Of a stretch of 64,000 nt of DNA, positions 31,201 through 36,703 are shown piece by piece. Under the pieces are notes generated by a model, which ran no database searches, was not told where the DNA came from, and worked only from the letters and a program-made list of their open reading frames with translations. The position numbers and the translations under genes are program-made. Numbering within the stretch: the stretch's first letter is position 1; every line of letters starts with the position of its first letter. The DNA comes from a virus (taxonomy: Duplodnaviria > Caudoviricetes), in IMG/VR virus record IMGVR_UViG_3300031998_000083, positions 556 through 64,555 of that record. One strand, given 5' to 3'.

Positions 31201-31906
31201 CACCCTGCTGCACCTCATCCTCCCACTGGCCCTGGGTTCTGACCACATGCTGGTTAGCCTCAGGGCTGCCGGTATCTACGAGCGGCTGACTGCGGCGCTC
31301 TTCCTCGCGCTGCATATTCTGGAGCTGCCGGACGGTATAGTCATTCATCCGCTCGATCTCTGCATGCTGGGCGACGGACAGATCCTGACGGAAGGAAGCA
31401 TTATAGCCGATACCATCAGGCTGATCGGTGGTACGCACCTGACCAGGAGCAAACGGTTTATATTCACGGCTCTGGCCTGTGCCACTGCCTGCGGTTCCCC
31501 AGGGAGTACCAGCGGCCTTATCCTCAGGAGCCTCAACGGCTGGAGCCTGATATGCAGCTGCCGGAGCCTGCTGGGGCTTCGGCTGGCTCTGCGGCTGCTG
31601 TTTTTTAGGCTTGACATTGGATCCGCTAGGATGACGTTTGAGGAAGTCGTCATAGGTGGCGTGATCCACTTCCTGCATCTCACCGCCTATCTTTATCCGC
31701 CTAACTGTCATATCGCGGTCAAACTGACCGTACTCAGGCACGTTCCAACCTGCACCTTTTGCGGCTTCGTATATGGAACGGCGGACATCCTTATTGTCCA
31801 TGTTCCGGTTAAAATCATCAAAAGAACCAAGGTCAAAGCCGTCATCAGTAAGATTGTCGTACATCTTACGACGATTCTCACTTCCGTATATCTTGCCGTT
31901 TTCCAT
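16256..31906 (-). CDS. Giant (5216 aa) polyvalent, probably virion-ejected protein
   Basis: Zeta-toxin-like P-loop (LTGAGGAGKST ~27625-27655), GNAT (QGQGNGT...FYKRFGF ~25410-25660), ART-like YRAM/FHTS domain (~24580-25150), HEYGH and HEIQH zincin motifs, LPD23-like TGWERGADGQWRYEI, PBECR-like DIDLVWG...GLSHIIRKH (~20480-20860). Confidence 0.9.
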   Translation of the reverse strand: MENGKIYGSENRRKMYDNLTDDGFDLGSFDDFNRNMDNKDVRRSIYEAAKGAGWNVPEYGQFDRDMTVRRIKIGGEMQEVDHATYDDFLKRHPSGSNVKPKKQQPQSQPKPQQAPAAAYQAPAVEAPEDKAAGTPWGTAGSGTGQSREYKPFAPGQVRTTDQPDGIGYNASFRQDLSVAQHAEIERMNDYTVRQLQNMQREEERRSQPLVDTGSPEANQHVVRTQGQWEDEVQQGVNRITSSVVAPAVDKAIAEFDKKASEVFNEGRENTSAVRSIGQAGGFGILGNVREANEAKDPEKILNYLQQQMEGLYKDSAFAEEVGKEADKMGIDRTEYIENIIKPKIQQDLATRLTDTLVKRELPKSSVEYIMNGLGNSIIGMLYNTITESKGQRQIKNQAEAMTEEGLNPNYNPGTGAKLTQMGVSFAADAPFFGLYGKVSGQVAKKVAERQIQNLMGKGLSETAARSIVGAALENSVGARMKNYLMQHVISSSLTMGGYNATSEAARQMRDSEFDPMRLAGSTAEGLATGAAFGVTGAMSQALSQPLTGISRVGAKAAGFAAEAETMYATEELAKMVQGEEGFTNPFEGSLEAMEKLGVMKASGGHLLTKTLETGADIYKNGVRKAVGKAMSAKPSGMKFTKEEEAYVRDTAEGRSLLETLSSMHPDAAISEVNGKKKLTPEGEQMRRQLADNYNAFMSNPEIPAVVKQKVAGVLGGVYRAGLETGADIVHNADGSVIVKTRDKDGNCVRDLKFDTFSDAEQWREECQSEFSLNDAVNMWNATSKEQHKAIVLEIAETNGISPLDAADMVQKALNPNDTSLDPDQFNNVYGVISRNAFPEDEYNPRRRFEEGKKITPEERHFALVDAQVAEEALAQYGQEFAEEVMAAADYPDEKMAELAMRRDVDGPMLEAAKEYFNAAARMQGMMDQAIKTVDEQVDAANAEIRRNTHPDSGMLITGNSRGRDVYVSAGHFQITPEGKLVSTDGSGAVIVRDANTGEIDVVNPNDVVVTGVTDPRRLIEANDSMDGLRGQLMKVADDSIELAPGTPEVPQEVGETFVGADGKTYMVSTISDENGNMTWAKTEVVPDENGNAAEILGEPQPFDIDEYRKAKSNEIDAANRPEEITPEGSMETPEVPLEAAQEPEGQQEGKGKEIQSGNAAGEVSASAEDDGRLESGSAAPSRIPVDEKGKKVYEKATPEDTLAELTEKYGEEKAGKMIAQIAESAAREYDKLQKTDTSSITDMADLEAHEDKLAEARQKAEYWQDLARRGQEAEAKLAEAFTTHTANIIRAKDLDQLEVAYQEAKAAGVPENALSEVYNAKKSWINLVNPKEIRNFATDPESQAKWVDEHMDEIVDTYIKLHGNLLDPDKLRDALTPIGYNGKNVPDFKAQGKRLTAVIYDKMLKDAVASGKTSITLLTGAGGAGKSTATRNMDFSGRGMVYDSAFNNVKSLDAAIKQAKKAGMTDIQVVAVYNDAYTSFNNTVERGLRTGRFLALEYFVNEAFLENQGKIADLRKLHPDVEIIGFDNSGNKAAERPEGGRVSADEAEKWDYSLDDAKLNELLDIFEYGINEGRFTADQAASLGRGLRDVARQIPDVTPATERRVDELGRRILQQDVRHLRPGVSGEPVHGGGSGMVPPADGEVQGSSEERPAEGVAGASRQTPAAETGADGEVGAAGGQPAAGRAGSGQTLETGEGGTGSADGLPAVDQKTAKKYQKAVQDNVGRTFSFTDSRGIRSDMTIEHISHDGQAVVTRRDYDADGNPIGEARRESYNVIKTGEAIENNVWQKNLTTEEKLLGVFRNKKSADKVVSVLTDEEREKLWNLYESGDRKAFNELYDEYRKDHFEDLISLEQRDRASAAERTIGYGTRKEKVERLRKLYKGNEEAAIALDDESMQPRTVEEYIADALGDVPKPGEGFLAYTSYDQGGNTIVGLKDETGFGSRGFGGDTKGFNPWLAPNGKGKSLKQFAESVHESLPEGMKEQYSDQDLRNIIYNVLTGAEKPTDISNMIIRDRMKTAEEAMRREEQDWIDSGIRYQKMDEAVRKYDERLAKMDEHRVEQGNPAFDSALQKLDERDISIDDPDLLKEYGLKNVTLSRLGDHLTLTHFIVDSQGQGNGTRFMEDLARLADEKGWTLDLTPDTSFGATSIKRLMDFYKRFGFKDNKGRNTDFFTRESMVRRPKDWQPVTPEQQEKALRDAVVDHLRQAGIEVSTDWKEGQRILDDYNSRMAVEDPEAEIKPQKVTDEAELEELNNGKTVKRYRAMQLIDGKLYPPMSAKVDGEMREPTEIGVWEKAEERPDLIKNGKFVLNKGQKGQGNVPAAYNPYFHTSTSGLNDQFTSAYKRPELVVVEVEIPESELTSGYKAEGAKDAVGNVDWHSGVVNGQLPADRQRQVTLSRYSKVNRIVPDSEVADMIAKQLEGTDIEVPYNVVTPAQRAELEKRGVKIGAKPAGSVTEDINGNPIRQQKVDEGSVAQTVDMRPIEERIVKNPNIRESLDIQDKVAKLTPEEVVAAYKRINEQMLDEEGLNVDELEEKIRQEYIAKHGVKGLGQVMADNLNAMSEKYGYGMLSLRWDLLDRIENEGLQDMLDQKEAASMQARVFDMHGRPMLFKTKDGHAYGYTYKGKIYLDPRIAMSETPVHEYGHLWAEMKRQTSPEEWDDIKRVMLTDKLVQPIIDRVKRDYPELSKEGREDDFIEEIITQFSGKRGAERLREIANEVAAENGGVFGKAEAVTAMQRLKNILNRFWEGVAKMMGWKYRNANQIADRILADMLNGVDPRERMRQAASGKLRSQAEIERTLMGVHNLSEDKLRKVLKQGGLANPSLAVVDTNNHMHTDYGDISLIPKSSLIDSRTGNNAGTFTADAWTPTYPQVQKRMSDKGMSKFWKDIRSLNEDAGEVASYMRMAFDTWLDKEAGQERLAYWYMKEKGLNPELVLNENPYGEDVAKRIDELTDKGNLEVRNLPEEQIKEIAEMYRAYKESIGEPVTPAEERIAKLKERIKEDKNTPFTNLQRARLEELEKYGELLHNLNNFEYAVRRSAVSEGKPNVEETISKAAKAVKEQNLQQDFDKWLQDKADSYGVEEWLFNGTDYQGRQKWVRNTLENASKLMKKEGLNGATNWSSIGNWIAKVASKEKTLEGIRKNKANLNTTKEEHEAFHEEWGQKLRAIADKLGNGDWYNGDNILGDALDHYKNISSYLKREYNYDLSAEDRQTIEQFVNAVQKKFPTGYFETKFERPVYLNEFAVAVVPETTSPEIVEALKNSGLDVRTYDNTGTEDQKDANRKQVAMDAVGGRDDIMFQMVGKEGTQAADKAEGGDERSRNLALAEDSEKAGVDPKAIKYATGWERGADGQWRYEIPDADVDIVSKYKQARLEHDQEVSRLGKEEDNLLQKYQSLTNAIPGRIDSRYSEEQKAKYREMRKQKEKIWKQYLEAGNKVKEYDEQGVSMSLGELMGEDKELFKYYPELKDLKVTFTSLQGGTAGSFGEDGIKIGYNELKRFGDNQLNNENVYGTLLHEIQHAIQDIEGFAQGGNLYTSTSETGINAIIAKKEAEKANIKTELDAINKILSSSPEEKKDYADLVGKTVGEYTFYLQNQAVNLAGKYDNINQQIDRLRETKAPAKSDAMDLYHRLAGEVEARNVDKRLNMSEEERRNSLASETEDVPREDQVIIMDDGTSMNIKDIKPVGTGDFGEVYDQFKGKPKEAVDFLVKKKGGDLLGVFHRDEVGDIDLVWGESHNPYRGKGLSHIIRKHIETLHDFKDIDELSAVLDDVVNNGSVGKNGNNIEITKDGYRVVLAQEDNGKKWVLTAFDNSKTKKEKLSSANTAGTPIDTFGSRAVAADDNISFSEGKDTKNIPNDQENKRKSSDEAPKFQRTGSSEPEMTAEERQYWNKWDADMKKWRERNAIGETATGPSEKPRMQQGEAALDYAKRLVQWNREKSLWQTAPKLDDYRQKRDDKDVLEAARENERRYPDSPSAKMRRVAAELQQIRHAMSQQKAYDKATVKAVTDFAQEFMKMGFGDNLRRGEMERMLSAVKNATGAKDIKREIDSIMNILVDNQLRNLDQRVTKLSSVKELSKTAQGVEKQGRLELKGQRMIQAFRQAREGRMDAEKIRERMSEVVEKMARNDEEAPMWEQDYEGLSIALQYQENIEASRDEYADLDRVYKAAVENYKGSGRSYKAQQELLDAIDQAMMENKIERIGLFGDIIGRLEGNIGESMQGAKEFVERDKERVKHIQQIANFDLAGKPADAMREKQKGKPANFFLQPLATFEQMLRQFGGRNAKGEGHLYDYFMRNWIDSVDRSYVNEQKAKEELDAKAREVFGDKVKRWSDLYELERRLPTMEVEVLDGENPKTFTLNQGNLLYIYMADKMADGRMKLRNMGIDEENVEAIKDFLDPRLKELGDWLQDEYLPSKRTAYNKVHERMFGAPMAAIDNYFPIRIINDARYQEEDVNVPDRESKPSTITGNIIKRTKNALPLDILHTDALSLIIEHVEDMERWAATAEWNRDIGTLLSYTTFRNKVKNMNTIYGSGDALWEAFKNTASMAAGKYDPKAKPGSVDKAISNIAKGVTAAKINFRVYTAFKQILSAPAFLHDVDLGDFVKNSMNPYGSWKWAMENMPVFKKRWKSRQVGDTRLMDDPTDWKMWKTNVVQMATRLGMSPNALVDGVTCAVGARSIYEARYKKYKDIGASDEVARKRALQDAEIGYNLTQQSSEGAFVSAIQKDRTVAANMLSVFRNSSMAYTRQWVDAARNLSHRAQKGYKEDSINFMTRQLQDQFDLDEAEARKAAEKEYARAARHDVARLLNMMFGVTTAWNIGASLPYLLMGDDDETKKEMLTDAAVRAMIAGPTEGMAAGNLFSEFISRTAASEETRKAIRKEGWGAGIDAALKQGGDYEVNPLPLMADIQGMIKKMGYDKYAAAQDVFNICMQSAVGVNPQTFTDMWNACMDYGNPDWMPFTKDVGNDDLANSKEIALFIMRLMNAPTSSWRNKYIDELGMNVEDAKKLPYEEMARRYANYKHWKDAPVMGWFRGDDKRQEKMDKIQQQFDKAVEQRMERLTDKELMHNLARSESAEEKRKYAKIIAQRMGVAPVADLTAKQDLDKNWYQHMYQERMEYEDIREEEMLDAKLKDYRESDAGDRTKAEVKKRLDWIRNGKYDTPSGRKGNRKKGNEPDLLAPGKRQFSTDGDEKANEAIMKNIRQWRKEALEILMRAESKK
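20374..20473 (+). ncRNA. Candidate antisense structured RNA inside the giant gene
   Basis: TTG-N20-TATCTTTG promoter (20336-20366); 18/19-bp closing stem, two inner hairpins, U-tract. Confidence 0.55.
26782..27204 (-). CDS. Nested out-of-frame gene (140 aa, acidic) within the giant gene
   Basis: Native G/C-ending codon usage in this frame; AT-rich region with A at -3 before the ATG; the host frame here reads as a G/A/R-rich linker. Confidence 0.7.
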   Translation of the reverse strand: MELTKEDLQQIKLPLSDEDYVMLHDKYQTLPPLLNEGWTSWDDAYFSKMCDIFDQVYPGNQCTEEEVVWYPPQTEKYKDHPKNVQLRESRERLGRLLQQRPELMEKLEQLEDSQQPEEPDPDKLSRRERVALGLLTDYQP

Positions 31907-31911
31907 CTTGT

Positions 31912-32679
31912 TTAATATAGATTACCCCTTTTGCCTGTCTGGTAACCGGGGATTGTTTTCTTGTTATTCTTGTTGTCCTTCTTATTACCGCTGCCTCCTC
32001 CGGTCTTGTTAGCCCGTATAACTGCGGCCTTCCCCTGCTGAAGGTTTTTCTTAGCCTGTGCATCGAGGGCTGACTGTTTGACAGGGCGCAAAGCTTCCTC
32101 GGTAGTCTTCTTTGATTCGATGTAATTTGTACGGGCGTCTGATGTTCTGACGGCTGCCTCAGCTTTCAGCCTGTCGTTCTCGGCCCTCAGTTTGTCGTTC
32201 TCGGCTTTCTGACGTGCCATCTCGTCACGGGTGCCGTAATAATTGACCTGGGCGTCGGTAAGCTTATCGCGTCGGGCGTCGTCTCTCAACTGCTTCTGCA
32301 GGCTATAGAGCGATGTGTTGTACTGTCGGCGGTAGTTGGCCAGGTCGTTATAGAGGTTGCGCTGCTGCTGGTATTCCTGATCCACCAGCTGATAGGGGTT
32401 GTTGAACGTCTGGGGCGCTGCGCCCTTGGTGGCATAGTAGAGGTTGCCAAGCTGACGGAGGCCGTCGAAGAGTCCCGTCCAAGCCTGCATCTTAGCCCTA
32501 TTCTGCAGCATCCTACGCTCCTGAGCCTCGCGCTCTGCGGGTGTGGGGCCGAGAAGTTCTGCCAGCGATCCAATGGCGTTGGCTGAGTCGACGACGGGAT
32601 AGGCCTGCTGTTGCTGATCCTGTGGGACTGCCTCAACTGGCTCGAGCTGCTTATTGTAATAGTTTAAGAATGTTCCCAT
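31912..32679 (-). CDS. Probable internal virion/ejection protein
   Basis: Q/A/K-rich helical 255 aa directly upstream of the giant gene. Confidence 0.55.
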   Translation of the reverse strand: MGTFLNYYNKQLEPVEAVPQDQQQQAYPVVDSANAIGSLAELLGPTPAEREAQERRMLQNRAKMQAWTGLFDGLRQLGNLYYATKGAAPQTFNNPYQLVDQEYQQQRNLYNDLANYRRQYNTSLYSLQKQLRDDARRDKLTDAQVNYYGTRDEMARQKAENDKLRAENDRLKAEAAVRTSDARTNYIESKKTTEEALRPVKQSALDAQAKKNLQQGKAAVIRANKTGGGSGNKKDNKNNKKTIPGYQTGKRGNLY

Positions 32680-32689
32680 AGTCGTACCG

Positions 32690-33427
32690 TTAAAGCGTTC
32701 CTTGTCCGTACAATGCCTGATAGATATAGGGATTCAACACCTTATAGTTGCTTCCCATCTGCTGTAGCTGTGCCGGTGTGCTGCCACCCGTCGTGGCGAC
32801 ACCTCCTCCGGCGGGACTGCCTGCGCCCATCAACTGCTGGCCAAACTTGCTGCCTGCGAAGCTGGAGATGGCGCCTTGCATCAGAGCGTTGCTCACTCCG
32901 CTGGCGGCCTGGGCTACGGCCTGCTTCTTGGCCTGATCGGTGGCAATAAGCTGCTGGTTGATGTTTGAAAGCTGCTGGCGGTAGCTTGCGTCGACCTGAT
33001 CTTTCTTGTCATCGTGGGCTGCTGAGGCCTGAGCGATCACATCGGCCTGCTTCTGGTTCTGCAGATCCTTGCTTGCTGCCACGGCTGCGTCGGTGGCTCC
33101 TCCCACGACTGCGGCGCCCCTGTTGCGTCGGTATTCCTCGTTGGCCATGTCCTTCAGCATGCGGATAGTGTTCATGCCGCTGGCCGTATCGGTCCACGAC
33201 TCATGTTTCTTGCGAAGACGCTCTGCCTCGGTCTCGGCCTTTTCCCTGGCAAGCCTTTCCTGTGCCTCCCTGTTGGCCTGGGCTGACTTGATCCCTCCGT
33301 ATGCCGTGGATCCTGCAGCGATGGCTGCCGACACAAGGGCTGCAATGGCAGAGAAGGCAATTTCTTTCTTTGGTGCTGAGCCTGGGCATGTGCTACCCAA
33401 CGGCTGACTAAGAATGTTCCATTTCAT
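32690..33427 (-). CDS. Probable ejection (pilot-like) protein
   Basis: Ala/Gly-rich hydrophobic N-terminal segment followed by coiled coil; start reassigned downstream of the promoter. Confidence 0.55.
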   Translation of the reverse strand: MKWNILSQPLGSTCPGSAPKKEIAFSAIAALVSAAIAAGSTAYGGIKSAQANREAQERLAREKAETEAERLRKKHESWTDTASGMNTIRMLKDMANEEYRRNRGAAVVGGATDAAVAASKDLQNQKQADVIAQASAAHDDKKDQVDASYRQQLSNINQQLIATDQAKKQAVAQAASGVSNALMQGAISSFAGSKFGQQLMGAGSPAGGGVATTGGSTPAQLQQMGSNYKVLNPYIYQALYGQGTL

Positions 33428-33454
33428 AATTGCGCAATATTGAATATTCGGCCT

Positions 33455-33494
33455 CAAAGTTACGCAGAAATAGGCTTGTGTCTTTCATATAATT
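33455..33494 (-). promoter_or_regulatory. Late-class promoter for the ejection operon
   Basis: AATTATATGAAAGA (33494-33481), 18-nt gap, TAACTTTG (33462-33455). Confidence 0.85.
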
Positions 33495-33612
33495 TAGATA
33501 CGCGCCGTAAAGCGGGATTTTTTATTGAGAAAGTGTTAATCGGTCAGTTAAAAGTATTATCTTTGCAGCAACAATGTTTTCTAGTTTGACATAGACTTTA
33601 ATTATCCAAAGA

Positions 33613-33643
33613 AAGGAGGCCCGTCGTGATGACGAGCCTCCTT
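33613..33643. terminator. Hairpin terminator downstream of the integrase
   Basis: AAGGAGGC-C-CGTC/GACG-A-GCCTCCTT followed by a T-run. Confidence 0.75.
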
Positions 33644-33713
33644 CTCTTTTGTTCAAATAAGCAGATTCAAACCTGCTTATTTTATCATTTTCGTCGAAAT
33701 AAGCAAAAATCGC

Positions 33714-35165
33714 CTATTCTGCCACCCTTAATTTTACTTCTTTTGCCTTTGCGAACTCCGCTGCTGCCATGATCGCACGCTCCTCATTGTCGAGCTTCAG
33801 GTATTTGCGGAGCATCTTCTCCGAGCTGTGGCCAGTGATGACCATGATCGATGATAGCGACACCTTATTCTTATAGGCATTGGTGGCGAACGTCCGTCGG
33901 GCTGTGTGCGTCTTGATACACTCATAGAAGCTTTTCTTCGTTGGCACCTCCATCGTACCGTGCAACTCCTTGATGCCAGCGTTCTCACGCCAGCCCAGCA
34001 GACGGCCTATCACCTTGATACGCTCGTTCAGGTCCTGGTCGTAGATCTTCGGCAGCTTGCCACCGTATTTCTGGAGTATCGCCCTCACGCGGATGTCAAG
34101 CGGTATGTATATCCACTTCTGCGTCTTGGCCTGCTGGAGGTAAATGTATTCGTTGCCGTCGGAGAGGGTACGGATCATATCCTCGTTGATGCGTTTGTAG
34201 TCCGATACGCGCTGGCCTGTCAGGCAGCCGACGGTGAAGATATCCTTCGCCTCGTTCAGCAGCTGGGGTGTGCGCCGTGTCAGCTGATCCTTCATCGCTG
34301 CGCGTTCCTCGTCGCTGGGTGCCAGCTTCATCAGGCGCTTGATGGTTTTCTCGTCCTCAAAGTCCGTCTGGTACATCTCCTGCAGCCTATCCTCGGTCAG
34401 ATAGACATTCTCCACCTCCTGAGAGTCTGCTGAGAAGCGGGCGCTCTCGAAGTCGTCGCGCGTCGTCAGCTTCATGTCCTTGGCGGCATAGAGAAAGATC
34501 TTCAAGTTCTTCACATGCTTGCCGATGGTGTTGGGCGAATAGGGCTGCTTCTCGCCTTTCTTATTCTTCTTCTCCAAGAAGAACCGTCTCCAGTCGTCGT
34601 AGAAGTCCATTGTGATATCGTCGAAGTCAACGATCTTGTGGCGTTTCTTCTGGTAGGCCTCCAGCTGTGCCAGCGTACCTTTATAGGTCTTGATGGTGCC
34701 AGGTGTGATGGTGCGGGTACTCTTCTGCTTCAGCCGCTCCCCACTCTCGCACTCGTCGATATACGTTCTGATCCAGTCCATCAGCTTTACGCGCTTCTCT
34801 TCCTCAGCCCTCACGATGATTTCTTCCTGCTGACGCTCCACCTCTTTTAATATATCCTCACGGAGTATCTCGTCGATGGTCTTCTTTACCACCTGCATAT
34901 CCGTGATGCCGGCAGTGATCATGGTGTCAAGCGAGACTTTAACCGTCCAAAGCTTGTTTGCCAGCGAATCCCTGAGTACGATGGCGCTGCCACCTTTCAG
35001 GGCCTGCTCGGCTTTCTTAAGTACGTTATCGATGAAGTCCCAGTCCGCTGCATTGAGTGTCGCACCGAGCGCGACTGTCTTATTGAGTTTCGGCCTTTTA
35101 TATAGTCGGGCATACAAGTTGACGGTCCCATCATCCTTGCTCCCCCTTGCGAAGATCTGTGTCAT
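33714..35165 (-). CDS. int: Tyrosine integrase
   Basis: SAM-like domain; catalytic motifs GQRVSD (R), HTARRTFAT (HxxR), GHSS and Y in LRKYLK. Confidence 0.95.
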   Translation of the reverse strand: MTQIFARGSKDDGTVNLYARLYKRPKLNKTVALGATLNAADWDFIDNVLKKAEQALKGGSAIVLRDSLANKLWTVKVSLDTMITAGITDMQVVKKTIDEILREDILKEVERQQEEIIVRAEEEKRVKLMDWIRTYIDECESGERLKQKSTRTITPGTIKTYKGTLAQLEAYQKKRHKIVDFDDITMDFYDDWRRFFLEKKNKKGEKQPYSPNTIGKHVKNLKIFLYAAKDMKLTTRDDFESARFSADSQEVENVYLTEDRLQEMYQTDFEDEKTIKRLMKLAPSDEERAAMKDQLTRRTPQLLNEAKDIFTVGCLTGQRVSDYKRINEDMIRTLSDGNEYIYLQQAKTQKWIYIPLDIRVRAILQKYGGKLPKIYDQDLNERIKVIGRLLGWRENAGIKELHGTMEVPTKKSFYECIKTHTARRTFATNAYKNKVSLSSIMVITGHSSEKMLRKYLKLDNEERAIMAAAEFAKAKEVKLRVAE

Positions 35166-35214
35166 ATATGAATGAATAATGTGTTACTGGGTGCAAAGAT
35201 ACAAATTTTTTAAT

Positions 35215-35470
35215 TTTGTAGCGCATTTGTAGCGCATTATTTGTAGCGCATTTAACTTCATTTAATTTTTCGGATTTCCTTTACAAATAAGCATCTTGTT
35301 GAATATCAATAACTTACAATAATATTTCGCCTTTATAATCAGATTAATGTAAATAAAAATAAGAGGTGCGCCAGGCACCTCCCAGTAAATTCGCAGAACT
35401 CCGATAAACAAAGGGTTCTGCGAATTTCTTTACTCCAGAAAATAACGATTTGTAGCGCATTTGTAGCGCA
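35215..35470. mobile_element. attP-like site
   Basis: TTTGTAGCGCA direct repeats at 35215, 35226, 35240, 35449 and 35460; IHF consensus TATCAATAACTTA at 35304; hairpin 35387-35427. Confidence 0.75.
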
Positions 35471-35472
35471 CT

Positions 35473-35590
35473 AAAAAAGCAGAGCCAACCGACTCTGCCC
35501 GTAACTACTTAACTTGCGCTGCATGCCTCACGGCAAAACACAAACTTCATTCATTCATTTCGAAAATTAGATGTACGTTCAAAATATCGG
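35473..35590 (-). ncRNA. Candidate sRNA beside attP
   Basis: TACCTTTG (35601-35594), no convincing ORF, terminator GCAGAG...CTCTGC followed by T6. Confidence 0.45.
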
Positions 35591-35675
35591 CTGCAAAGGT
35601 AGCCATTTATCCGAAACAAAAGTGTTAATATAACATAATATACCGCCAAACGCCCTGTGTGCGCTCCCGTAGCAA

Positions 35676-35715
35676 AATTATATGAAAGACACAAAGCTTA
35701 TTCCTCGTAACTTTG
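35676..35715 (+). promoter_or_regulatory. Late-class promoter for the lysis cassette
   Basis: AATTATATGAAAGA (35676-35689), 18-nt gap, TAACTTTG (35708-35715). Confidence 0.85.
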
Positions 35716-35739
35716 CCAAAAATATAATAAAGTATATCA

Positions 35740-36231
35740 ATGGAAGAGTTAAGAACTGTCGTCGTGACCGTTATCGGTGCTATCCTGACAATGCTGGCAC
35801 CCATACAGAATTTCATGTACGCCATGGTGCTGCTGTTTTCGCTCAACTTCATCTTCGGCATCGTGGCGGCGAGAGTCAACAAGGAGGGATGGAAGACAAA
35901 GAAGGCCCTCATGTTTTTTGTTTACTGCGCTATTTTCTTCGTAACGGCCTGTGCAGTATTCATCATCGGCCACTTTATGGGGGAACACCAGCAGGCCATC
36001 ACCGTCGTTAAGATCCTATGCTATCTGGCCGTCTATGTGTTCGGCACAAACATCTTCCGGAACCTGTGCCAGATCGTACCGCAAAACTCAACCTGGTACA
36101 AGCTCTTCGACCTCTGCTATTACATGTTGTCGGTGAAGTTCATCGAGAAGTTCCCGTTCATCAAGAAACGTCAGGAAGATCTTGCAGGCGCCAGTTCGCA
36201 CAATACCATTCTCGACAAGGACGATAACTGA
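35740..36231 (+). CDS. Holin
   Basis: Multi-TM 163-aa protein directly before the endolysin. Confidence 0.75.
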   Translation: MEELRTVVVTVIGAILTMLAPIQNFMYAMVLLFSLNFIFGIVAARVNKEGWKTKKALMFFVYCAIFFVTACAVFIIGHFMGEHQQAITVVKILCYLAVYVFGTNIFRNLCQIVPQNSTWYKLFDLCYYMLSVKFIEKFPFIKKRQEDLAGASSHNTILDKDDN

Positions 36232-36232
36232 T

Positions 36233-36700
36233 ATGAGGCGTATTGACAGGATCTTCGTACATTGCACGGCTTCGTGGCAGGAGACGACCACCGAGGAAAG
36301 CCTGCGGGCAGAGTTCAGGAAGAACGGCTGGCGCAATCCTGGCTACCATTATGTAGTGAAACCCGACGGTAACATCATCGAGATGCTGGCCGAGAACAGG
36401 GTGGCCAACGGTGTGAAGAACTACAATCAGAACAGCATCCACGTCGCATGGATCGGCGGACTGATAAAAGCTGGCGGCAAGATCCTCCCGTGCGACAATC
36501 GCAAGCCTCAGCAGAAGCAGGCGCTCTTCGACCTGCTGACCAAGCTGAAGCTGAAATATCGCAACGCCATCATCCTCGGACACCGCGATATCTCGCCCGA
36601 CCTGAACCATAATGGCATCGTGGATCCATGGGAGCGTATCAAGCAGTGTCCCTGCTTCGACGCGATGGTGGAATATATGGACATCAACAAAATAGGATAG
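36233..36700 (+). CDS. Endolysin, N-acetylmuramoyl-L-alanine amidase (amidase_2/T7 type)
   Basis: IFVHCTA, GYHYVV, GHRD and K.CPCFD zinc-amidase motifs. Confidence 0.93.
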   Translation: MRRIDRIFVHCTASWQETTTEESLRAEFRKNGWRNPGYHYVVKPDGNIIEMLAENRVANGVKNYNQNSIHVAWIGGLIKAGGKILPCDNRKPQQKQALFDLLTKLKLKYRNAIILGHRDISPDLNHNGIVDPWERIKQCPCFDAMVEYMDINKIG

Positions 36701-36703
36701 CTT

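Noticed and set aside
28015-31683. Other same-strand alternate-frame ORFs in the giant gene
   Set aside because: Ser/Arg/Pro-rich composition typical of off-frame reading, unlike the 26782..27204 ORF.
16586-31915. Many long + strand ORFs opposite the giant gene and other genes
   Set aside because: Antisense shadows of GC3-biased coding sequence; no motifs or initiation signals.
35363-35386. Assigning the att core to a specific host gene or RNA
   Set aside because: No confident match from memory; needs a database search.
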